Source: an uncultured cyanobacterium
Lineage (GTDB): Bacteria; Cyanobacteriota; Cyanobacteriia; Cyanobacteriales; Nostocaceae
Assembly (NCBI GenBank): GCA_963740315.1
Contig: CAVUDP010000002.1
Location: 2,752,001 to 2,816,000, forward strand
Length of the DNA: 64,000 nt
Direction: 5' to 3'
The notes under the pieces were generated by a model. That model was not told the origin of the DNA and searched no databases. It saw only the letters and a list, made by a program, of their open reading frames with translations. The position numbers and the translations under genes were made by a program. This document shows, piece after piece, positions 31,624 through 40,945 of this stretch (position 1 is the stretch's first letter; each line of letters starts with the position of its first letter).

Positions 31624-34337
31624 TTAAACGTTCATTTGCTGCTTTTGATAAAGGGAATAATACAATCCTTTCTGCTGCAACAATTCTTCATGGGTGCCTC
31701 TTTCGGCAATAATTCCTTTTTCCATTACCAAAATCATGTCGGCGCGTTTTAATGGTGCAAAACGATGGGCGATTAAAAATACCGTTTTATCTTCGGTGGT
31801 ACTTTGTAAGTTTTGCAATACCTGCTGTTCGGTTTCGCTATCTAAGGCGCTGGTTGCTTCATCCAAGATTAATATCGGTGCTTGTAAAAGGAATAATCTT
31901 GCTAAGGCAACGCGCTGTCTTTGCCCCCCGGATAAAGCTGTACCTCTTTCGCCGACGTTGTTTTCGTAGCCTTGGGGTAGCTCGCTGATGAAGTCGTGGG
32001 CAACTGCCATTCTTGCGGCTTGTACTACTTGCTCGGCGGTGATTTCGGGGTTTCCTAATGTGATATTTTCTAGGATGCTGCCGTTAAACAAGAAGTCTTC
32101 TTGTAAAACTACGCCTATTTGCTGTCGTAAGGAAGCTAAATCGACGCTTTTAAGCTCGAAACCATCAATTAAAATGCGTCCGGATTCGATTTGGTAAAGC
32201 CTTTGCAGCAATTTTGAAAGCGTACTTTTACCGGAACCGCTGCGTCCTACTATACCGACAAATTGACCGGGTTCTACGTGAAAGGAAATCCCTTTGAGAA
32301 CTGGTTCGGTATTCGCTTTGTAGCGGAAGAATACTTGATCGAATGTAACTTCTCCTTCGAGGGCTGGCAGTACCAATCCGGTTCCTGGCTCTGCTTCGGG
32401 GGAAACATTGAGAATGTCGCCGATTCTATCTACCGATAACAGTACTTGCTGTAAATTTTGCCACAGTTGAACTAATCTTAATAGAGGTCCGGTAACTCTT
32501 CCCGAAAGCATTTGAAAAGCTACCAATTGCCCTACCGTAAAGTCACCTCCAATAACTAATTTGGCTCCAAACCAGAGAATCAACAGGCTGGATAATTTGG
32601 TGAGAAAGTCGCCAATGTTACTACTAATATTGGAAGTTGTGGAAGCTTTAAAGCCAGTACGAATAAAGCGAGCAAATAAACCTTCCCATCTATCCCTGGT
32701 TGCAGGTTCGGCAGCGTGTGCTTTCACCGAATGAATTCCGGTAATTGTTTCTACCAGGAATGATTGACTGTCAGCGCTGCGGTTAAAAGTTTCGTTCAGC
32801 CATCTGCGGAGAATTGGGGTTGCTGTCAGGGTTAATATGGCAAACAAAGGTAGTACTGCCAACGCTACGAAGGTAAGAGTACTGCTGTAGTAAAACATTA
32901 GTACCAGATATACTACAGCAAAAATACTATCAAGAACTACAGTTAATGCCGTACCCGTAAGAAACTGACGAATTTGTTCTAATTCTTGTACCCGTGCCAC
33001 CGTATCGCCTACCCGTCGCGACTCAAAATAAGATAAAGGTAAGCGCATTAAGTGACGAAATAGCTGCGCCGATAAACTTAAATCCAAGCGTCGCGCCGTA
33101 TGGGTGAAAATAAATAAACGCAGAATCCCCAGCACCGACTCGAATATCGCCACTGACAAAAGTGCGATCGCCATGACATCGAGAGTGGCTAAACTCTCTT
33201 GCACCATGACTTTATCGATCACGACTTGGGTAATTAACGGTGTGGTTAATCCCAGCAATTGTAAGGTAAAAGATGCTAGCAGTACTTCTGAAAGTAAACC
33301 TTTGTACTGCCAAACCGCCGGTAAAAACCAACTTAAATTAAACTTTTCTTGCTTCTGTGTTTGTTCTACTTGCCATAAATAGCCATTCCAAAACTTTCCT
33401 AATTCTTCGCGGGATACGGTTTCGCAAGTAAAATCGGGGTTTTGCGGGTTAGCAACAATCAAGTTATTGCCTTTACGCGCATAAGCTACAACCCAATTAG
33501 CCTGCTCCGAGTTACCCCATAATAATAAAGCTGGAAAAGAAAGTTTTTGCAAATCATCCCAACTTACCTGCAACCTCCGCAGCACCAAACCCAGCTTCTC
33601 AGCAGCTTCGACAACTTGTTTGGCACGTTGCGATCGCACCTGACGCTGCATCCACTCCAACTTCACCGAAATTTCCAAATACTGCGCCACCATCGTCAAG
33701 CAAGCAGCAGCACTGTTCGCGCTAGATACGAATGGATAACCGGATGCGATGGGAGCAGGGGGGGAGTGGGAAGAGGGGGAAGAGGGGGAGAGGGGGAGGA
33801 GGGGGGAGAGGGGGGAGATGGGGAGATGGGGGGATGGGGGGAAGAGAATTTTACTATATTGCTTCCTCCGCTTCCTCCGCTTCCTCCGCTTCCTCCGTCT
33901 TCCCCATTCCAAAACTCTTCAATCTGCGGGGTTGATAATTCTGCCCATAAATCTGTACTGGTACGCAGCACTAAAACTTCTTTACTAGCTGCTACAGCTT
34001 TACATTCTGTGGGATAATTATTTAAGTTACCAAACCACTGTCCTGCTTCTAAGGTTGCTATTGGCTTACCAATGCCTTCTTCACGCAGTCGGACTTTACC
34101 AGAAACGATGAGAAATTGATAACCAACTGCTTCTTGGTACCAAATTTTCTCTCCTAAACGAAAATCAAGAATATCCGATTGGTTTTGCAGTCGGGTTTGC
34201 TGTTCGTCAGTGAGCCAACATAGAGGTGGTTGGTTCCAAGCTGGGGAAGCTAACACTGTTGCTTGATATCGATTATTTGAAACCTTTATTTTACTTGTAG
34301 TTTGACTGTCAGCTTTTGAATCTTCTCTGCTAGCCAT
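31624..34337 (-). pseudogene. HlyB-like type I secretion ABC transporter (cNMP-binding + C39-like + TMD + NBD), frameshifted in a repeat-rich linker at ~33750-33845
   Basis: The 34337 ORF gives the cNMP-like domain. The 33912 frame gives AAACLTM, TMD, GRSGSGKST, LSGGQRQR. The two frames are offset by 425 nt. Confidence 0.85.
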
Positions 34338-35044
34338 TTCTCGAACAGTTCATTTTGTAGTGCTTGCTTAAGTTGAGTATCTTCTAATGATGCTGGTAGA
34401 AGTTGTTCTACACGAAACAATCCATAACGTTCCTCTAATTGAATTGGTCCTAAAATATTTCCAGAATTAGCTATATCTACAGCAGCTCGCAATTTATCGG
34501 GCATTGTTCCCCGGCTGACTGGTCCCATCATGCCGTTAACAATTTTGTCGTCGGAAAGGGAATATTCCCTAGCAAGCTGCTCAAAACTAGTTCCTTCTTC
34601 AATTTGGGTATGCAACTCCTCAGCTAACTCTCGATTATCAACAATAATCCGAGAAAGTACCACCCTATCTAAAAAAATCTTTCTTTCAATAAAATATTCT
34701 GCTAATTTTGGCTCTGCTACCAAACTTTTAAGTTTCTCTAATTTAAACCCAAAAGCAACTGTAGAGTGAAATGTAGCGTAATCGGTACCGCTATTATTTA
34801 ACCAATCCTGAAACTTTTTGGGGTCGCTAAGTTCATTTTTGATCCGAAAATCAATAATTGCTTGTTCGGTTAAAGCCGGAGAAAGTTCGATTTCGACTCT
34901 AGCTTTAATTTCTTGCTCAATTACATCCTGACGCAGAATATCCCTAATAAACTGACCTAATTTTCCACTAATTTGTAAGTATTGTACTGCCTGTTGTATT
35001 GAGAGCGATCGGTCGTCAACGGTCAAAAACGATGAAGATTCCAT
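34286..35044 (-). CDS. PpiC-type peptidyl-prolyl isomerase
   Basis: SFEQLAREYS, NGMMGPV, GPIQ; overlaps the ABC gene start. Confidence 0.88.
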   Translation of the reverse strand: MESSSFLTVDDRSLSIQQAVQYLQISGKLGQFIRDILRQDVIEQEIKARVEIELSPALTEQAIIDFRIKNELSDPKKFQDWLNNSGTDYATFHSTVAFGFKLEKLKSLVAEPKLAEYFIERKIFLDRVVLSRIIVDNRELAEELHTQIEEGTSFEQLAREYSLSDDKIVNGMMGPVSRGTMPDKLRAAVDIANSGNILGPIQLEERYGLFRVEQLLPASLEDTQLKQALQNELFEKWLAEKIQKLTVKLQVK

Positions 35045-35248
35045 AAAGTGCTTAGTTAGAAATTACCTTAAAAAATATACAGCGATCGCATCGAAATCAA
35101 CTGCATTCAACTGACACGGGCGGAAAGATAATGCTACTTTAATGCCAAGTTGTATTGCAGTAATACCGCAACAAATCGCGAACTACGTTGCGTATAAATA
35201 CTTACAAAAAACCGATTGAGCAACTTGTGTTTGGGAAAAGATTGTATT

Positions 35249-36091
35249 CTAAATACTTGCCTGTATCCAAGCAAATAGCATCGCAGCAGCAGCTCCTATC
35301 AAGGTGTTGAGAACATTAACTAATTCATTAGTTAACCACTGCCATCGGGATTGCAGAGTCGCTCCAATCACGCTTTCTAAATTAGTAGCAATAAATGCCG
35401 CTAACACACACCACATAATACCCCAGACATCAATCAAACCAAGGCTCCAACCAAGAATTGCCAGCACCACCGAAGCGAAGATTCCAGCCAAAGTTCCTTC
35501 GAGGCTAACAGCACCTTCAGTTCCTCTGGGCACTGGCTGCAAAGTCGTAATTAGAAAAGTCCGCTTACCGTAGGCTTTACCAACTTCGCTCGCACAGGTA
35601 TCGGAAAGCTTGGTGCAAAAGCTCGCCACATAGCCTAAAAGCAGCAAAGAACTTAGAAAAACATCGCTTCCTTGCCAATTAATAATTCCTATCCCCAAAG
35701 CGCACAAAGCCGCCGTAAAAGCCGAACCCCAAACGTTTTCCGGACCCCTGGCACCGGAACGCTTTTCGGCAATTCCTTGGGCTTCTTTTTCTGCCATGCC
35801 AATGCGTGTCACAGCCGAACCAACTATAAAATAAACACAAACTACCGCATATCCCCTTAAGCCAAGAGTTCCCCAAATCAAAACACCCAGCAACCAAGCA
35901 TTAAGTATTCCATTCTGTGTAAGTAGTTTTTTAGGTGCTAGCCAAACTAGAGCTAAAAGTAAGGCGTTTAATCCTATTGCTACCAGCCAGGGGTTAGAAA
36001 AATTGTATTGCAAAGTTTCGCTGTAAATGTAGTTAAATATGGGCGTATATATATATTTTGACGGTGTTGGCGCGTAGTGGTAATATATCAT
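35249..36091 (-). CDS. DUF92/TIGR00297 membrane protein (true start may be ~36013)
   Basis: GARGPENVWG, KLSDTCASEVGK, GTEGAVSLEGT, NLESVIGATLQ. Confidence 0.9.
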   Translation of the reverse strand: MIYYHYAPTPSKYIYTPIFNYIYSETLQYNFSNPWLVAIGLNALLLALVWLAPKKLLTQNGILNAWLLGVLIWGTLGLRGYAVVCVYFIVGSAVTRIGMAEKEAQGIAEKRSGARGPENVWGSAFTAALCALGIGIINWQGSDVFLSSLLLLGYVASFCTKLSDTCASEVGKAYGKRTFLITTLQPVPRGTEGAVSLEGTLAGIFASVVLAILGWSLGLIDVWGIMWCVLAAFIATNLESVIGATLQSRWQWLTNELVNVLNTLIGAAAAMLFAWIQASI

Positions 36092-36119
36092 TTGTAAGTA
36101 CCTATGTATTATTGATGAA

Positions 36120-36266
36120 ATGCATCTGGTGGAAAAGCACGTAATTAACAGATATCATTGCTATTTTAAAGAAATAGATAATTTGTGCTTTTTAGCAAAA
36201 AATCTTTATAATGCTGCCAACTACTTAATCAGACAAAGCTTTATTTTTGAGAAAAAGTATCTATAA
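36120..36266 (+). pseudogene. 5' remnant of an IS200/IS605-family tnpB
   Basis: MHLVEKHVINRYHCYFKEIDNLCFLAKNLYNAANYLIRQ.. typical TnpB N-terminus, stops after 48 aa. Confidence 0.75.
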
Positions 36267-36789
36267 AGACATTAGTTATTTTTTACCAATGTTTGTGTGA
36301 CATCACAAGTATTACAACTAACCGTCCATACGCCAACATACACCAGCAGAGAACAAAAAAACTTGGTCGGTTGAGTGTAATAGGCAAAGTTATTAATATG
36401 TCAAGGATAAAATTTACATCTGTGCAAATAATATTTTTGGTAATTGACGGGTTAAGTAGTCGAGCCTGCATTATTTATATATTTAAAAAGGAAGTTATAT
36501 AACTCCCTACTCTTACCTAAATAAAATATTTAATTAATGGAGACACAAGAACTTGTTTGTTTCCGAACCCAAGAAAGTGTAATTATCGCTTCTAAACGAA
36601 TTTTCAAACAATATGTTTTTCTATTTTAGAAGATTATTAGCTCCATTTATTTCAAAAAAATTCACTTTAAATCGTACAGCAAATAACTGCATCTGTGAAA
36701 AAAAATATCGGTTATAATGATTGTTTTAGTGCTAAGTTTTCTTCCGAGGTAGCATAAAAATGTGACCTAAGTAGTTTTTCATAATTATT

Positions 36790-36932
36790 TATAGGATTGC
36801 TCGCGCCCCGTTTTTGTTAGCGTAGCGTGCGCCTTAAAGACGAGCGTATTCGGTTCCCCGTTCCCTAGCCCCCAGGAGTTATATGCCGATGCCCGAGCGA
36901 TCGCCGGACAGAAATCGAAACGGATTCCTATA
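36790..36932. mobile_element. MITE-like element
   Basis: TATAGGA ... TCCTATA ends around GC-rich nested repeats. Confidence 0.5.
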
Positions 36933-37304
36933 CAAATTTGCATAGGAAGTTATATAAGTCCCTACTCCCTACTTCTTGACTTTACAAAAATAAATATTTC
37001 CTGGATTTGCTTCATGTATATTTCAGATTTCATATTTTATTAGTACTTAAATATAGATAATAGATAGTTATAAATCCCAAAAAACACTAAACAATCAAAT
37101 TACAGTATAATTTTTCTTATCAGAAGAAAAATTAGATAATTTTCTACAGATAAACAATTTTAAAATGCAATATGTTTATGAAGGCTAAGTAAACTTATCG
37201 TGATGTTAATGTTAAAGTTAAGATAGAGTCTCTTTTTTTACATTAAAAAGAGGTTAATTATAGATATTCAACAAATAAATACCGTTTCTTGAAATTTCAA
37301 ATAT

Positions 37305-39416
37305 ATGTCAGAAAGCGATTCAGGACTATTTATAGATTCAGCAAAAAGTCTACGTGTTAATACTAGTACTCAAATAATTAGCGATACAGTTAGCAGTTTT
37401 GAACCGAATGATTTATACAGTTTCAATATTAAGGGGCGTAGCAGTTTTAACGTAAGTCTGGACGGTTTAAGCGCCGATGCAGACGTACAGATAATTCAAG
37501 ATAAAAATGGGAATGGAAAATTCGATAAAGGCGAGAGAATTGCCTATTCTAATAATGGGGGCACCTCGGACGAATCCATCAGCGTTGATTTAGCCAAAGG
37601 TAGTTACTATATAGAAGTTTACCCTTACGGCAACATAGAAACCGACTATCGTTTAAGTATTCGGGCAGTACCGTTTGATAGTGCGGGAAATACTCTTAAT
37701 AATGCTCGCCAAATTGGGGTAGATTCTCAGACAAAAAGTATTAGCGATTGGGTAGGTAAATCAGATTCTGACGACTATTACAAATTTAAACTTGGTAATA
37801 CCAGTGACTTAAACGTAGTAGTTGATGGTTTGAGTGCTGATGCTGATTTACGGTTGCTCTCAGGTAAGGGAAATATTCTTGCTAGCTCCGTTAATATCGG
37901 TACTTTAAATGAAGCGATCGCACAAACTTTAGAAGCTGGAACTTACTACCTAAAGGTTAATTCTTACAACAACAGCGAGACTTTCTACAATCTTAAGTTA
38001 TCAGCATCTCCATCAACACAAACAAAACCTGATGCGGGAGGTACGCAGCCAATTCCTACATCTGCTGTTAGTAACGCAACAGTAGTAGCAGCGATCGCAT
38101 CTCCGGTTCCTACTTCTGCTCCTATTCCGCAAGCTGCTAATAGTACGCGCACCCAAGCCGGAACTTTGAGGGCTGATACTTTTAGCTTCCAATCCGGTTA
38201 CAGTCGGACAATTTTTTCGGGTAACGGTAACGTTGACTATGGTAGTGGAGCGCGGGATTTACTCGATTTATCCGAATTCGCTTTTAGTTCAGCTACCTTA
38301 AACTATGCTGATAGTCCTAACGGTGGTATAGCTTACAACCTGGGGAATGGTAATCGAATCTTTGATGCTATAACCCTTAGTAATGGCAGCGAAATTTTGT
38401 TTGAAGGAATTGAAACGATAAAATTTACCGATGAAACCATCAACTTATCAGTAACTCCCAACGATCCTTTATTTAACCAGCAGTGGAATCTACACGCAAT
38501 GGGCGTTCATAATGCATGGCGCTTCACTACAGGTTCGGATAATGTAGCGATCGGTATCCAAGATACGGGTTTGGGAACCGATAGTAGTGGAAACATTCAT
38601 CCAGATTTACCTACAACTGATTTTATTGGTGAAAACTATCTTGATGAGTGGGGTAATTTTTCCCACGGAACTTTAGTAGAAGGAACTATTGCTGCTATAA
38701 GTAATAATGAAACAGGGGGGGCTGGTATCAACTGGAATTCTGATTTGATACTCGTTGATGTTGTAGGTGAAGATGCTCTTGACTACAACTTAGCTACGGC
38801 AACACAAGCAATGATAGACAAAACCAACGCTCAAGGTAAACGTTTGGTAGTTAATCTCAGCTTGGCTGGTGGTTACTCAGCAGAATTTGAGCAATTAGTT
38901 GCAGATAACCAGGATAAAGCTTTATTTGTAATAGCTTCTGGGAATGGTGATGCTAGTAGTATTGACAGCCCCGCAGATTTAGCGAAAAAGTATGGAAATG
39001 TAGTGGCTGTCGGTTCTTCTTGGGGAACTAAAGATTATTACGATAATCCCCAAACACCGGGCAACCGAATTTCCTATGACAATTGGTGGGGTTCTAATTA
39101 CGGTAGCGGTTTAACTGTGACTGCTCCATCTGAGTTTGTTGCTACCAGTGCCACTCGTAATGCTGACAACACGTTTGATTTCGGCTACAACAACAACTTC
39201 AATGGAACTTCGGCTTCCACAGCAAACGTTTCTGGGGTTGCTTCATTGATATGGAGCGTTAATTCCAATCTAAGTGCGTCACAGATAAAGGCAATTATTT
39301 CGGAAACGGCTTACGATTTGGGTGCAGCAGGCTATGACACAGTTTACGGTAGCGGATTTATTAACGCCGATGCAGCCGTGCGAAGGGCTTTAGCTATTGC
39401 ACGAGATTTTGCTTAA
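37305..39416 (+). CDS. S8 subtilase with two N-terminal PPC (pre-peptidase) domains
   Basis: PPC repeats (DYYKF, LSADADL, GTYYLKV). Triad QDTG, SHGT, NGTSAS. No signal peptide. Confidence 0.9.
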   Translation: MSESDSGLFIDSAKSLRVNTSTQIISDTVSSFEPNDLYSFNIKGRSSFNVSLDGLSADADVQIIQDKNGNGKFDKGERIAYSNNGGTSDESISVDLAKGSYYIEVYPYGNIETDYRLSIRAVPFDSAGNTLNNARQIGVDSQTKSISDWVGKSDSDDYYKFKLGNTSDLNVVVDGLSADADLRLLSGKGNILASSVNIGTLNEAIAQTLEAGTYYLKVNSYNNSETFYNLKLSASPSTQTKPDAGGTQPIPTSAVSNATVVAAIASPVPTSAPIPQAANSTRTQAGTLRADTFSFQSGYSRTIFSGNGNVDYGSGARDLLDLSEFAFSSATLNYADSPNGGIAYNLGNGNRIFDAITLSNGSEILFEGIETIKFTDETINLSVTPNDPLFNQQWNLHAMGVHNAWRFTTGSDNVAIGIQDTGLGTDSSGNIHPDLPTTDFIGENYLDEWGNFSHGTLVEGTIAAISNNETGGAGINWNSDLILVDVVGEDALDYNLATATQAMIDKTNAQGKRLVVNLSLAGGYSAEFEQLVADNQDKALFVIASGNGDASSIDSPADLAKKYGNVVAVGSSWGTKDYYDNPQTPGNRISYDNWWGSNYGSGLTVTAPSEFVATSATRNADNTFDFGYNNNFNGTSASTANVSGVASLIWSVNSNLSASQIKAIISETAYDLGAAGYDTVYGSGFINADAAVRRALAIARDFA

Positions 39417-39561
39417 TTATCTTATCATCTAAAAAATTAGCTATAAAGCAGATCGTTTTCATCGTTGCACTACCGCAACAGTTATCTTAAAGATAAACGT
39501 GTAGCATCTATCTATATTTCTTTTTGACTGGTGGTCTGCCCCATAATTTTTGATGGGTAGA

Positions 39562-40137
39562 AAGGTTCGTAGTAAGAGTTTTAACTCTCCGGCTCTGAGG
39601 ATTTGTTACCTCGCATGGAAGGGAACCGATGCCGACACGTAGAACTTTTATTGCTCCTCAAAACGGCTGGGGACACAATACTAATAGTCTTTTCATTAAT
39701 TCTGATAGGTTTGTAGTAAGGGCTTAGGTTCCCCAAATCCGGAGGCGCTTAAGCGCTTACTACCAACTTATATTGCTCCTCAAAACGGCTGGGGACACAA
39801 TACTAATAAGGTTCGTAGTAAGAGTTTTAACTCTCCGGCTCTGAGGATTTGTTACCTCGCATGGAAGGGAACCGATGCCGACACGTAGAACTTTTATTGC
39901 TCCTCAAAACGGCTGGGGACACAATACTAATAGTCTTTTCATTAATTCTGATAGGTTTGTAGTAAGGGCTTAGGTTCCCCAAATCCGGAGGCGCTTAAGC
40001 GCTTACTACGAACTTTTATTGCTCCTCAAAACGGCTGGGGACACAATACTAATAGTCTTTTCATTAATTCTGATAAGTTTGTAGTAAGGGCTTAGGTTCC
40101 CCAAATCCGGAGGCGCTTAAGCGCTTACTACCAACCT
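39562..40137. repeat. Mosaic periodic array A-R-B-R-A-R-B-R-B
   Basis: 44-bp R at 39643, 39765, 39889 and 40011; A and B are REP-derived ~80-bp units. Confidence 0.92.
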
Positions 40138-40945
40138 TTTTACCGATCGCAATTAATAGTTAATATTTGGTATTGGTATTTGAAATTCAGTATATTTTCA
40201 ATTGCCAAATACCACTTTTTTTTATAATCATCTCTTCAAATTTGGTAAGTGGAATTCAACTCCGAGTAATGTAAAGCGAAGCCCAAAAAAAGCTTGGTAT
40301 TCTCATATTTTTATTCATCTCTTCTTTATATAAAGCCATCATAGTAGTTACCCAACTATTTATGCGCGATGCGAATCAACAAATACGGTAAAAAATCTGA
40401 TTATTTCCGGATTGAGTTGATTTTTCCTTGAATATAAGAAATTTTTTTATCTAACATTTATTGCTTGATTAATTATCTAAAAGTTAAGGCTATAGGTATT
40501 GTATTTGTCTTTGCTTACCTAAGTAATAGAAGCTTACTGCTAAATAATAGTAATTCAAAATAAACAATTTGTTGATTGCAATAGTATTATTTGTTACCAA
40601 CATAATATTCGTAATTTTGTGCAAACCCTTGTGGATAAAGACTTTTAACTATATATATAGTTTGTTAAAAAATATTAAGCTACTTTGAAATAACTTTATT
40701 AAATATCGCATGAATACTGAATTTATTGATATTTTCTCTATAGATTGTAACTTTTATACTAAAAATTTATTTAATTTATTTTTGATTAATACGTAATTTT
40801 TCCCTAGCTGTTTTGGGAATGTAAATAGCACTATAGAAGTTCCTAATTTAAAAATAAGGAATTTACAAACCAATATAAAATCTTTAACTTGCATTCTGTG
40901 CAAGGTGCTAATTACGAACTTTATAAAAAAAAGCAGCTATATATT

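Noticed and set aside
33547..34017. Plus-strand ORFs over the ABC linker
   Set aside because: Antisense shadows of low-complexity repeats
31624..34337. Bacteriocin/RiPP-processing C39 transporter cluster
   Set aside because: Catalytic Cys and His are absent, and no double-glycine precursor ORF was seen nearby.
39562..40137. CRISPR array
   Set aside because: The 'spacers' are ~80 bp, repeated (only two types) and REP-derived. No cas genes are in the window.
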